A stretch of DNA of 63,281 nt, counting the filler, from Lenisia limosa (lineage: Eukaryota; Protista; Breviatea): assembly GCA_001655205.1 (NCBI GenBank). It is 16 parts of 16 records of this genome, joined end to end, with 100 filler letters (N's around TTAATTAATTAA, not from the genome) between each part and the next. Parts side by side here need not be neighbours in the genome. Positions count along the whole stretch, not along the records: positions 16,742 to 25,705 come from LPNZ01005531.1; positions 25,806 to 28,705 come from LPNZ01005640.1; positions 28,806 to 33,571 come from LPNZ01001137.1; positions 33,672 to 35,941 come from LPNZ01007631.1; 12 more parts are not named here. One strand, 5' to 3'. Position 1 is the stretch's first letter. Each line of letters starts with the position of its first letter. Shown in pieces: positions 21,748 to 34,059 of this stretch. Below the pieces are notes generated by a model. It saw only the letters and a list, made by a program, of their open reading frames with translations, made no database searches and was not told the origin of the DNA. The translations under genes were made by a program, and so were the position numbers.

Positions 21748-24430
21748 CAAATCCCAGACGAAATGAAGCCACATGGCTGAGGCAGCCAGTAAATACACGA
21801 CAACAAAAGAGGACGGGATCACACTAGATGATGAGTTTGACTGCTACATAAGATGCCAATTACACAGTAAATGTCAACCAAATTCATAAACCCCAAGCCT
21901 TCATGAGAGAATAACAACGTATCCATCTAAATAGTATAGAAAAGTGATTATCGATCATACTATCCGGAAATAATGAGCCTCTTTGTCGGTGCCATTGTAC
22001 CCGCATACCCAGCCATAGAGGCAGCTATTCCCTGAAGAACCGGCAAGATGATGATGATGGTGGCGGGTTGGAAGGAGCTGTAGCTGATATCCACAAGGCG
22101 TGCGAAGATGAGACGCCCCTATCTGGTGAAATCCACAAAACAAAAACAAGAAGAATAAGATATTCAAACGACATCTTACCGATGTATGTGTTATCTGTTG
22201 ATTATCTAGCAAAACGGAACACGAATATAAAACAGTCTTCCTCAAAAACTCTGTTCACTCCGTTTCGGTATGCCTCCCAGCATACAACGCAGATAGAGAA
22301 GATGAACGTAGCAATGAGAAGGACTTCGTGGGGGTGACGGGCCAGGACTTGAGGCTCTAGCATTATCCAGACAAGAGCTGAATTATTAGATACTGAAAAT
22401 GCCGATTTATCAACAATACATAAGGGTTGATATCATTGGTAAATACATGTTACATTTGTGATAAACACTAGTGAACATCTAAATCGGTATTTTGTTCTCA
22501 GATAGTCATAGATAACGCTGACAGGTGGTACATGCCTACTTAGTCCAATGATGGAGAAGATGGGGATATTTTGCTTGAAAAAGACATCGAACATGTCAGT
22601 GTGGTGAGGCCAATTAGAGATAGGGTTATGGACCTTCTCGTAGACGGTGGGCAGTCTACAGAATGAATCAAAGGATTTGCGGTTATTTACTGTGTCTTAT
22701 TAGCAATCAGATTAAGTTTCGGAGAAAACCTTTGAGATCGAAGAAATTTGCACAGTTTATACTGTTACCCCCCCCCCCCNNNNNNNNNNNNNNNNNNNNN
22801 NNNNNNNNNNNNNNNNNNNNNNNNNNNNNNNNNNNNNNNNNNNNNNNNNNNNNNNNNNNNNNNNNNNNNNNNAGAGTTGGCCAATGGTCAGTCCGATGAT
22901 TGGAACTGCAGCCGTCCACAGTTCTTGGCCTAAATGTCGGTTACTACAGGCAATATGGGTATTTGCAATTGGGTCATTTCTAACCAAAAGAAAATATGCT
23001 GAAGTTGAATATCTTTATTTGATAGAGTGTACAAAACTCCTCCTACCAAAGGCAGCAGTGAGAAGGAAAATGGCGATGTTGGTTAAAATGCCCTCAGTAG
23101 GACCGTTGATAATGGGGAGGGTAAGGGTGCCTAGGAATCGTAAAAAAACAATGACCAGATTGTGACCAGAGCAAAGAAATAAAGGAACGAAAACGCGTAC
23201 CGGTGTGGTATTCCTCCCAAGTGCAGATCCAAAACGGGATCATTACGGCCGCAACGGTNNNNNNNNNNNNNNNNNNNNNNNNNNNNNNNNNNNNNNNNNN
23301 NNNNNNNNNNNNNNNNNNTTGAGACAGAGCCGCCGCGAGTGTCATTGCCGACAGTCCCGCGTTGATCGCATCACAACCTGGGGGGGGGGGTTAGATGCAT
23401 TGAATAATGCATGATAGTTCGGTTTAACATGGAAGTGCAACAGGTTGGAGGAAACGAAGGAGTAGATGGTAGTGACACGCAATATACACGACAAGAGCCC
23501 TACCATGGTCGAACAGCTCTCCCAAGGGTGAAGATGACTTGGTCCTTCTTGCTTGTTTACCGTCCACTGATTCGGATAAGAGAAAGTGAGCGAGAAACAA
23601 TTCTTCCCTTCAGTTACAAAAAATGATCCAATATATCAATAAATCTCGCCATTTCGGGAACATATGTATGTATGCTTGATGAAGGAAAGATTACCCAATT
23701 TCGCGATAAAAAAAAACCAAATCAAAGTATCAGCAGGAGACAGTTTCCGCTAACTTGCGTCCATGGTTTGGTAGAAGAACATGCAGAAGGCAGTGAGGCA
23801 CCACACCCATCCGGGAACCTGACTGTCGAATCGCGGGCTGTAGAGCCAGACCTAGACCCATGAGAAGAGTAGGCTAGCTTTTTAGAATGCCATGATACAC
23901 TATTTGAGGACTAGGTACAGAAAGGCCCCAGATGAATCCTCCAATAAAAACCAATAAAAACCATTAGAACAATTTCAATCTTATGAGAAAATCTCAAATC
24001 TTAACGGAAAGTGATAAGACTGGATGGAAGACCAGCATACCAATCCGAAAGAAAAGACTTGGGTAATAAATCCAAGCATTGTCACCTGAGATGTGAGTCA
24101 AGGAAGATAGAGATAAGATAACTCAGAAAAGGTCCGGAACAGCAGGATTAAGTAATAACAGATGAAGCCAAATGCGCACCAGATTGGGTGCCATCCACAT
24201 GGGAAGCTGCTCGGCACACCATGTCCAATATGGCTGGCCAATGTGCTTGGCTATAAGCGAGCTACAGGGGAAATCATGTTAGATTTGATACAATCAGTAT
24301 CATAATGGGAGCCGAAACTAGCCGATAACAACACAGGCGACGGATAAATCTCTTACCTGTCAGAGCCCGAGTACTTATACGATAACAAGCCCTTGAGCTC
24401 ATGCTCGTTGCTGTACATATACGCAGGCAT
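21748..24430 (-). CDS. CEPT1: Choline/ethanolamine phosphotransferase (CDP-alcohol phosphatidyltransferase, CEPT1/AAPT-like)
   Basis: ATG 24430 [24 protein letters not shown]; WMAPNL; [33 protein letters not shown] (exon 23504-23566 holds the DG motif); [20 protein letters not shown]; HPHEVLL; GRLIFARL. The 3' end is lost in a gap. Confidence 0.93.
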
Positions 24431-24769
24431 CCTTGCCTAGAAAGTAAGCGGTGAGGACTGAAGGATCAACAGCAGAAATGTGTCAGACCAGAAGTGTCAT
24501 AGATATGGGTTAACTCACTTTGTGACGTACTATGCGACTTAGAAACAATGAAAGAGGGCCTTAGAATGAACACGAAAGGGTGAAAAGGGGGTGTATATAA
24601 ACACTACAGGGGCCTTCAAAACGGCGCGGAGAAGGCCAAAAGCCTCTTAAACAGAAGAAAAACAGCTATCATCCCATTTTTATACATCTAAAGGAGCGAT
24701 ATATTTAAGTTGTAGACAGGTACAATGGCAGCGCAGAGCAGAATCGGAATGGTAGACACCCTCCCACCT

Positions 24770-25645
24770 TCCCCTCACTCATCTTGTAGATGAGACTGAA
24801 AAAGGAGCTCAAAAGGATTGAAAGAGACGGAATTCCATACTTTGAGGCGAAACCTTCCTCCGAGTTTGTGTATAGTCTATCATACTGGTATATATAGAGA
24901 TGAGATATAAAACAAGGTTGTATCTGTCCGAAGCTATCCTCACAACCACGCTTATAAGAGATATTGGGTAATAGTATAATATTAATACACTCAATCATTT
25001 GCCTTTTTACTCTTGTGCAGAGCATTCCTGCTACGTTTTATTATTTAAATTACAGCTCATCAAAAGTATACTGCTGTTGTTATATTAGGACTTATTCATT
25101 ATACTTTCTTTTTGTCAAACTATGAGGTATTTCTTCCCGTACTTAGTTAATATCCAGAAATCTGTTCTCGTGGTACTTCGTGGTGTCCCCTCCAGAAAAG
25201 TCACCTTATTTTGGTGGATCATACCTTGGAAAGCTTATTTTCCCTCCCGGTAAGCTTATCTTTTTCTGTATTGGTCTTGGCCTGGATTTTCTGACTGGAG
25301 AGTTCGATTGAATAGTCAGGGCTCAGGGTAGTTTTATATAGGATACGCGTAAACCTCTGCTTTCAATAGACTTTCTCAACCATATCTTCACTCTTACGAG
25401 TTTCAGAATACCCTAATAAGCCGCCAGCCATCTACATGACCACGCCCAATGGAAGGTTCCATGTTGACACGAAAATCTGCACTTCTATGTCCGACTGTGA
25501 GGGGGTCGATTTTGCTTCACTTACGCCCTTTTCGATTCTGTTCAACTCTTTCTGTCTAACCATTTATTAGTTCACCCTGAAACATGGTAAGAGCCAGTGA
25601 ATTGTTCAGTTTCGGGATAACTTGTGAATATTAGTCGTCATCTAA
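24770..25645 (-). CDS. Hypothetical protein exons (partial)
   Basis: Open small exons with GT-AG borders ([55 protein letters not shown]); exon phases only partly resolved. Confidence 0.4.
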
Positions 25646-26062
25646 AAGGCAGAATGAGATATGATGGGTTATATATCATCTAGGTTGTATCTGGCCGAAG
25701 CCGTCNNNNNNNNNNNNNNNNNNNNNNNNNNNNNNNNNNNNNNNNNNNNTTAATTAATTAANNNNNNNNNNNNNNNNNNNNNNNNNNNNNNNNNNNNNNN
25801 NNNNNTGGAATCAGTTAGTCCTATTTCACTTGTCTCTTCTAGGATTTGCTGTTATATAAGTCCGTACACGATTATCTAACTATAAACCTCAATAACCGTG
25901 TCAGGACTAATCGTGGTCACTGTACATATGTATATATGCATAATGTATGATATTTATTCAAACAAATTGAAGACGAAGGACAAAAACGAGTTCATTGTTA
26001 CAATCACACATTGTATTCCTCAAAATGCGCACACCACATTAGTAACACTAGTAACACTCCAG

Positions 26063-26170
26063 GTCTGTAGCTCCTGCCTAGCAATCCACCATAAGCCGTG
26101 CCGGACTTGCTCTGAATGTGGCATCCGATTCACAGCCCTCTCGGAAATGTCGGAAGCGCTGAAACGATGA
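26063..26170 (+). CDS. Possible terminal exon with Cys/His zinc-binding pattern
   Basis: After the acceptor ctccAG: VCSSCLAIHHKPCRTCSECGIRFTALSEMSEALKR-stop. Confidence 0.35.
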   Translation, partial: VCSSCLAIHHKPCRTCSECGIRFTALSEMSEALKR

Positions 26171-26721
26171 CGTCATCGACTCTGGTTATTTGTCGGATAT
26201 GATGGTGGTGGCGTGATCTAAAGATCGTTAGTATGGCCGCTGGGTGGGCTTTTGCCTACTTTGGAGTCTCTAATCCAGTTTGGTAGGATTCTTAATACAC
26301 TTTGTCGAATTGTCATCCCAATGTAGTCCTAAACATGGTGATGTCACTTTTTGGGTCATTTTCACAAGTTAAAATACTATCACTTTTCATGCTATTAGAT
26401 GATATCTCATTAATTGCCCGAGAAGGATTTATGCTACCTTTGTTCATCATTTGGGCTCAAAAGCCGTTCTATATGATCATATCACTAGGAAATATATAAT
26501 ACATATTATATACGGTTTGTAACAACATTACAAAGTAGTCCAAAATATTGCTGTTTTTGCGATGATGGTGATGAATTGGATAGATAGTGATGATGAATAT
26601 TGCACCAAGAATTCAAATGGAATCCACAAAATATGATTTTCTTGATAACTATTATTATGTTCGATAGTTTCCCGGTCTTTTTCCGGACCGTAGGGAAGCC
26701 GAAATGGTACAAAACACATAC

Positions 26722-28246
26722 CTGGAGAGCCTCTTCGGATATAACTTCTCTTATGAAGTTCTAAAGTGGTCAGGTGGAACTTTTATGACAAAAAAGCACA
26801 ACTCCGTTGGCTAGAAGTACACCAGGTTTGAAACCAACAAAACAAACAAAGCCCAGGAAAGTTGCAGGGGGGGAGGGATTGTAAATTTATAATATAAAAA
26901 AAACATAATTTCAAGTTAATGAGTTATTTGGGTGGCCAAAATAAAAGCATGCGAGAGGTAAAACATTGCAACATGGCCTACCCTTGACTGTTCAATAAGC
27001 ACGTCTGAGCGCAGACATTCCAAACTCGTATCGGAGGCAGACTGATTGACTGACTGCTGGAATTGCGGGTGGTTTATCACCTAAATATAGTAAGTGTTTA
27101 ATATCCAACTATATTTTCAACCCCCCCCCCCCCCNNNNNNNNNNNNNNNNNNNNNNNNNNNNNNNNNNNNNNNNNNNNNNNNNNNNNNNNNNNNNNNNNN
27201 NNNNNNNNNNNNNNNNNNNNNNNNNNNTCGAAAACTATCGATATTTCCCCGGTCTTTTTCGAACGAAGTGAAGCTCTACCCCTCCCCTATACCGTTTGAC
27301 AAAACTCAGCACTGAAGTCTTGTACTCCCTTATCCTAAAGCATGAGAGCTTGGTTCATACTTCATGTATTCTAAAGGTAAACTGTGAGGCTTGAGTCAAT
27401 ATATCATATCGTGTTATGAAATATGATGATTCATTAACAAGGGGGATGCTGTGAAAATATATGATATATACACAGGACTTCACTTCCGTTCGAAAAAGAC
27501 CGGTAAATATCGATAGTTTTCGAGGATTTATCGATAAATTAAGTCTTTTTAGGAGCCCAAGTGAATCGAGATATTCAGAGTGCAGCCTTTACTAGAGAAT
27601 GACAAGAAAAGAGAAATAACGTTGTATCCGCCAAAGCCATACTGGTGATCATGCTTATAGGGCCAATTGGATTATAATTTCATATTATTTCACCCAAATT
27701 TACTTACATCCATGATAGTGAATAATAGGTCTTTGGCGGCACCAACAACTTCTTCTCTCTAAATAATGAGCACAGAAATTGAGATAAAATACGCCCCGGT
27801 TATCCACAGAATTAAGATAATATATCCTTTGATATAATGGGGGTGAGACGGCACGGAATAATATGGACTAGGGTTGATAATGGGGGTGAGACGGCACAAA
27901 ATAATATGGACTAGGTGAGACGGCACAAAATAATATGGACTAGGGTTGATAATGGGGGTGAGACGGCACAGAATAATATGGACTATAATGGGGGCGGCAT
28001 ATGGTAACCCATAAATGATATAATAGCTACATGAACGAGAAAATATATTAATAATGGGGGGTATGATACACAAGCAGACATAATGGAGAAATAAATAACG
28101 AGGGTGAGATAATCCATATTGTATGTTGGAGAAAGAAATTAAATCTGGGGGTAAGATTGCACCCGCAAACATGTAGAAGTTTAACAACAGCTTGGACGGT
28201 CACTGGGTCTTCAGCCACCATTTTGATGAATGACGTCACCACCTCC
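26722..28246 (-). CDS. Hypothetical protein exons (partial)
   Basis: Exon candidates EVVTSFIKMVAEDPVTVQAVVKLLH (28171-28246), IREYKTSVLSFVK, VINHPQFQQSV... and NFIREVISEEALQ. Confidence 0.45.
27843..27986. repeat. Tandem repeat, four copies of a 28-bp core
   Basis: Core GTGAGACGGCACAAAATAATATGGACTA, with identical 15-bp linkers between some copies. Confidence 0.9.
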
Positions 28247-28265
28247 CTAGGAATTATTATATTAT

Positions 28266-28422
28266 ATAGCAAAGAGAAATAAACAATACGGTTGTATCTG
28301 GCCGAAGCCGTCCATACCATCACGCTTATAAGAGATATTGGATTAAAGTATAATATTAATTCACCCAATCATTTGCCTTACAGCTCTGCGCACACAGCTT
28401 CCTTCCTACGTGCCTCCCCAGC
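28266..28422 (+). repeat. Dispersed intronic repeat family A (representative copy)
   Basis: Consensus ~TAGCAATGAGAAATAAAAAACAAGGTTGTATCTGGCCGAAGCCGTCCACACAATCACGCTTATAAGAGATATTGGATTATAGTATAATATTAATTCACCCAATCATTTGCCTTACAACTCTGTGCACACAGCTT. Plus copies near 4900, 5235, 15731-15880, 24899-25025, 25682, 35165-35290, 35920, 45263-45360, 54245-54330, 59487-59530, 60361-60505. Minus copies near 7610, 10022-10085, 16478-16620, 17585-17640, 19110-19150, 38275-38305, 38962-39095, 39283, 43629-43690, 45095, 55885-55935, 57355-57410, 58520. Confidence 0.93.
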
Positions 28423-28805
28423 ATAGATATAAAAAATATTCCCAAATTAAACCATGTTTCTGAAGGAAACCCCATCCCAAGGAAAATATGAATTGTATAC
28501 CATACCCCTAGAAATATACCATTTTGAAATTATACCATTTTGAAATTATACCATTTTGATGAATGTTTCGTAGTCCACACCCACTTGGTATCGGGGTGGT
28601 TCAGCAAGTTGGATACTAACTGCGAAGCCAGTAAAGACGCTTCGTTGATTACCTATTACAATGAGAGCTAAGGGCAGTAAATAACTTAGGGCAGTGAATT
28701 AAATCNNNNNNNNNNNNNNNNNNNNNNNNNNNNNNNNNNNNNNNNNNNNTTAATTAATTAANNNNNNNNNNNNNNNNNNNNNNNNNNNNNNNNNNNNNNN
28801 NNNNN

Positions 28806-31800
28806 GCGATGGGGACGAAATTAGTGACCACCGTCCGGGTGTTGGCATCAACGGGGTCAATGCCGGGGGAGGCTATCTTGATCTCGGCTTCCTAATGATC
28901 ATAAATGGAAAAATAATAATCATAAGCCAGGTTAAAAATGAGCACATACTGATGGAACATACAATTGACAAAGTTGGAGTAGCAATCCCGGGACTGGTGT
29001 AAATATGGAGACGAGCTTCGGCAAGTTGACCTGCAGAGTAAACAGGAAGGTATGTGGATTACAGAAATAAAGCAGCAAGCAAAAAAAGGATCCCATAATG
29101 TTAGCAGAGAACACCGACCGATTGGGAGATACGAGAAGAAGCAAGAGACCATATGCGGGAACTCCGGCATGCCGACACAGGACGTAGCACCGAGGCCTAT
29201 CCCGGAAACAGAGGACTCACTCAAGGTTGATCTAGAATGCATGACATTTGCAAAGAGCAATTAATCCAATTTATCCGACTATTGGGTCTTATTTTTAGAA
29301 ATTAGCCTCTAAAAATGTGGAAATCCATATAATCGGATTAATGCTCTTAGCATTTGGTGATGATTAACAAGACAGTCACATCGTGGGATTAAATAAGATC
29401 TACCAGGCTGCCATATATTGTGCGAGTAGCAAAGTTCATGGGATAATACAGTTATGTGACAGGTGACAGGAGTAGTTCTGTAATGAGCGGAGAGAAGTGA
29501 TGATTAGTAACCGACGAAGTAGTATTCTACAAATACGGAGCGATGCACAAACCTTGATGGGAATTCGATGTCTAAGGTCACACCGGAAGCCTGGCAAGGT
29601 TAGATGTGGAAGAAATGAGAAGTGTTTTGTAAGAAGGATGCAAAGTGGTGAAAACTGTTGGGGGATATAATAATGCATAATTTGTACGTTTTGAGACTGT
29701 AGAGCAGCGTGAATCACAAAAAAGCACTGAACAAAAGTATTGCATATCTAACCACAAAATCAAACTATTTCAAAGAATCGTACCAGAGTGGGACCGATAT
29801 TCTGAGCGATGAACGAAAACTCAGTGACCGTTCCCGGAGTGACTGAGGCATTGGCAACTGTGGCCGAAGTAATCTGAAGGTCGGACTGCCTCCTGGGCGA
29901 ATGAGCGTAGGAGATGTATTAAAAGGGAACTCGGAGAAATAAACGTATTGAGCACAAGGATGCTGAGACCCACAGAATCGATAGGGACCAGTTCAGCGTG
30001 TCGTCCTCGAGTGAAGTATCCTAAAGAGATGAGGATTGGGAACAGCCAAGTAATCAAATTAAAGCTAGTAGTAAGATAAACTAGCTATTTGCCAAATACC
30101 ACTTTGTAAGCAAATACATGTACGTCTGATATATTATAACAAAAGAGCAAATTATTGAATTAGAACCCGACCAAAAGTACAATGGAACACATTCTGTCAT
30201 CACTTAGTTGTTGAACATAAGGAAAAATCATAGTGACTCCCTGAGGTGGACACCCAAATCGGATAGCCAGAACTAGTCCTTTATTTTATCGTTATACTAG
30301 CTTTAACAAAAAAAATTGCACTCACTTACCCATGACAAACAATAAAGTTCCTCGAACAAAATATTAAAAAGTTATATATATATATATATCATATAATAGT
30401 CAAAGTGCCGGACAACATTCAAAACTCCGGACAAGCTTTTTATCCTTCTCGACATTATTCTGCGTCACCCTACCCTCTCCTCTTCCCTCTTATCCTCCTT
30501 CCCCTATTGACATTTAAGCTGGATTCTAATTCAATCTATGACCTGTAGGTTGATTCAAATGAAGGGTTTATATTGACATGTGTTGACATGATATAATTTA
30601 AAATTACAACTTGTCTGGACTAGGAATGAATTCCTCTCAGGTAAGTGGATTAACGGAAGCGTTTACCCATTCCCAAGGCGTCCAATCCTGTGCTGCAAAA
30701 GGGGGTGGGGTGGTGGGTGGGTGAAATTTCTTATTACAAATTTGAGGGGAATTCAAATATTTCTTAACTTTTCTAGCAAATGAACTGAACCCGTTCTGGA
30801 AAATTCGTCATCCTAGGTATCGAATGTTCTATTGATCTGACTTCAACCGCCCAATTAAATTGGTCCGCTAAATTATTTATTCTGAACACCTTGGTGATGT
30901 TCCAGTAGGTTTCCTGTTTCTTCTAACCCTCCAGATAAGTCTTTCTGAGCAATGTGATTTCAAGCAACATCCTGAAATCATCTCTCATTCTCTCCTTTCT
31001 TTTCCCCTCCTTCAATAATGTCATGGATAAAACGGATTTAATCCCCCTCTGGGTTCTAAATATATCTTTACGCCTGAAATTACTGAGCAAACCCTAATTT
31101 TGAGTCATTTTCATACAACTTCTGGCATTTAGGGTCAATAAAACGGGTTTATGTCGATCCAAGCCGCTTAATATCATTTTCTGTTTTATATGTCTTGTTT
31201 ACAGGCCAATAAGAGGCAAAAACAGTTCAAAAACGCTGTATTCAAGGAATAAATGGCAACTCTCCGAGGAAGTTTGACCTTGTTTTAGGCCCCATTTTCG
31301 TCAAAAAGTTCTTACATTTCACCGTTTATTACCAAAGTCCAGGGACGTTAGTATTTACTCCTAAACACTAAAAAGAAGGTAAAGAAAAAAATCCTGTGAA
31401 AAGGCAACGAACGGGGTGACCCAAGGGACCCCAAATTTACGGATTTTTATGACAACTTCAAATCCTTGAAAAAAATTACCTGACCAAAGAACACTAAAAC
31501 AATATCTGTCGAAGTACTTTTTGAAAAATGTGCTTTTTAATAGGAAAAAAGACGTCCACTCTAGCCTGTCCGGAGTTTTGATGTGTCCGGTTCATTTGAT
31601 GTTGTCCGGCACTTTGACGACCCACATATAATATCAACTCGAACAAAAAAACTCTCCCCCAATAAAAAGCAATTGAGGTCCTACCTCCAGTTGACCGGAG
31701 ACTGCGCACTCGTATTTCGCGACAGTAGCCATAAATGTCTAAATCGTTATAACTAATATTTTAACGGCATCATCGACTGGAAACAAGTGGTTGAAGAACG

Positions 31801-33130
31801 AGAAGGTTATACTCGATATCATCATAATCACTGGGCGGCACTAATTCCACGGTCCTCCCAATCAACAAATCCACGGTTTCTTGTAAACATAAGACTACCT
31901 GAGAGTCTTCGAAGGTTGATTGGATCTCGAGAGTTGCACTTTGTAGAACAGCAAGGCTTCCAATTGTCCTAGATTGTAACTCGTGCAGTTCAATAAGTCA
32001 TACAGAAGCACTCATTACTCAACATACCAAAGCTGGCCGAATCCGTAGCCAGTGACAGTCCCAGTGCTCGGAGTGAAGACATGAACAACAGTTGGTGGCA
32101 GCAAGAAGGACACTGTTACGTCGGGATCGATAGAGGGTCCGTTGTTCGTTACAACAACAGTGAAAGTCTCAGAATGACCTGGGTGTATTAGCATTATAAA
32201 GGCAGCAACATGGACTGGCGTGTAAGTTACAACGACTGTTGGGGGAANNNNNNNNNNNNNNNNNNNNNNNNNNNNNNNNNNNNNNNNNNNNNNNNNNNNN
32301 NNNNNNNNNNNNNNNNNNNNNCACTCTTGAATTCTTTGGGCTCTTTTTGTAAGGAGAACGAAATAGTTTATTAAAGCATTCTCCTTTCCTGCCAAAAAAA
32401 CCAGGGAATTATTTCAACAACCAAAGTGCGCTTCAAAGTCTGATCCACACAAACCTTCAGTCAGAATGAAGCTTGCTGGAGGGGCGGAACTCAGCTGAAC
32501 CGATTTACGCGCAACCGGTAGGCCTGAAAAAAAAGGGGGGTTAACATTGGGAGGATGGAAACATGATATATAGACGGACAGAGAGAGTGTGTGCGCGCGC
32601 GTGAGAGAGAGAGAGATAAATATCCCGTATCCTAGTTATCAACTGATTGAAAGGGCAGAGACACCAGCTGACAACATATCAACAACCAGATTTGGTGTGC
32701 AACAGCCATATGATGTACATATACATATGTGTGATCATTTCGGCTAAACCTAGTTGACAAACACGAAAAAGTAATGATGAGACAAACCGGAAAATATCTT
32801 GACACGGTCTTCGGACTCCAGGAAAATATCGGGGTCAGGAATCTGCAGGGTAAGCGTTCAGATAGACATGGGGACTGTAATGTTCATAAACATGAGGGTT
32901 ATAGTTCGAAAATGTGAGGTTCTCATCGGTCGAACTTTATTGTGCGTCTTCATATGAATACATAACTGTTATTACTTGCCACGGTTGTCAAACTACATCA
33001 AGAGGAGTTATCGCAATCAACTATGGACATACCTTCGCTTTGCAGTCAGTTCTGATGTAGCCTGTGAGACATTCTGAGCATTTACCGCCAACACCATCTT
33101 GCCAGAAACCACGGGTTTGCGACCTGTCGA
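28806..33130 (-). CDS. Protein with multiple DUF11 (conserved-repeat, Ig-like) domains (multi-exon, partial)
   Basis: PGHSETFTVVVTNNGPSIDPDVTVSFLLPP...TPSTGTVTG...LW|TIGSLAVLQSATLEI (32030-32200 spliced to ~31970); SDLQITSATVANASVTPGTVTEFSFIAQNIGPT (~29790-29890); ASGVTLDIEFP; AEIKIASPGIDPVDAN (28806-28890). Confidence 0.75.
30399..31618. mobile_element. Non-autonomous ~1.2-kb TIR element inside an intron
   Basis: Left GTCAAAGTGCCGGACAACATTCAAAACTCCGGACAAGC; the right end reverse-complements to GTCAAAGTGCCGGACAACATCAAATGAACCGGACACATCAAAACTCCGGACAGGC. No transposase ORF seen; TSD not resolved. Confidence 0.75.
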
Positions 33131-34059
33131 GGGTTTGGTTGAGAGAAAAAGAATAGGAGGAAAATAATCAAAGGAACTGAAACTGATCACCTGGTATCCA
33201 GGGTATGTCTGGCCATTCCTGTTGAGTCTTCCTATTTAAGCTAAAACCTCTTTCCGTATACATGCGCTGATATTTGATATTAGTAAAAAGCCTCCCACCT
33301 ATGGCACGACAACACGTCTCCTGAAGGCAAGGAGAAGCACGTTCCGTGATGGGTGGAAAGGTCCAATCCTAAAGAGGTGATGGGAAACTTGTAGTGTACA
33401 TTATAAAACAAATAATGAATATCGTCAAAAATCAATCTTTTCATTGTCCAAAATTACCAAATGTACATCAGCAATACACTACGTAATTTGGTGATTTCTT
33501 GTCATATTGAAGCGGGATATATTATCCATACATTGTTAATTTCGTGATTATAGTGTAACAATGTCCTGAGTNNNNNNNNNNNNNNNNNNNNNNNNNNNNN
33601 NNNNNNNNNNNNNNNTTAATTAATTAANNNNNNNNNNNNNNNNNNNNNNNNNNNNNNNNNNNNNNNNNNNNGTGGTTCTGGACTTTTGTTTGAAGGACAC
33701 TAAAGGGCCCTTTGAGAACTCTGAAGGCCAAATTCACCGAGGAGAAACGATATTTGGACCGACCTAGTCAGTTACCCCCGCAGAAAGCCTTTGGAAATGG
33801 AATTCTCATCACAATTTATCAAATGTAGGTGGGTGCAAAACCTCGACAGCGTGGAATATACCTCGACAATTTTGTGTATAATATAAATTCAACCGGGCCG
33901 CCTTCCAAGATTTTCANNNNNNNNNNNNNNNNNNNNNNNNNNNNNNNNNNNNNNNNNNNNNNNNNNNNNNNNNNNNNNNNNNNNNNNNNNNNNNNNNNNN
34001 NNNNNNNNNNNNNNNNNNNNNNNNNNNNNNNNNNNNNNNNNNNNNNNNNNNNNNNNNNA

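Noticed and set aside
23600-24500. Possible decayed retroelement (many short broken ORFs)
   Set aside because: Resolves cleanly into spliced exons of the CEPT gene on the minus strand.
27843-27986. CRISPR-like 28-bp repeats with spacers
   Set aside because: Spacers are identical or absent, there are no cas genes, and the context is a eukaryotic intron: a simple tandem duplication.
30573-30597. Bacterial sigma70-like TTGACA...TATAAT
   Set aside because: Spacing of 13 or 3 bp is non-canonical, and the site lies in AT-rich repeat interior of a eukaryotic intron.
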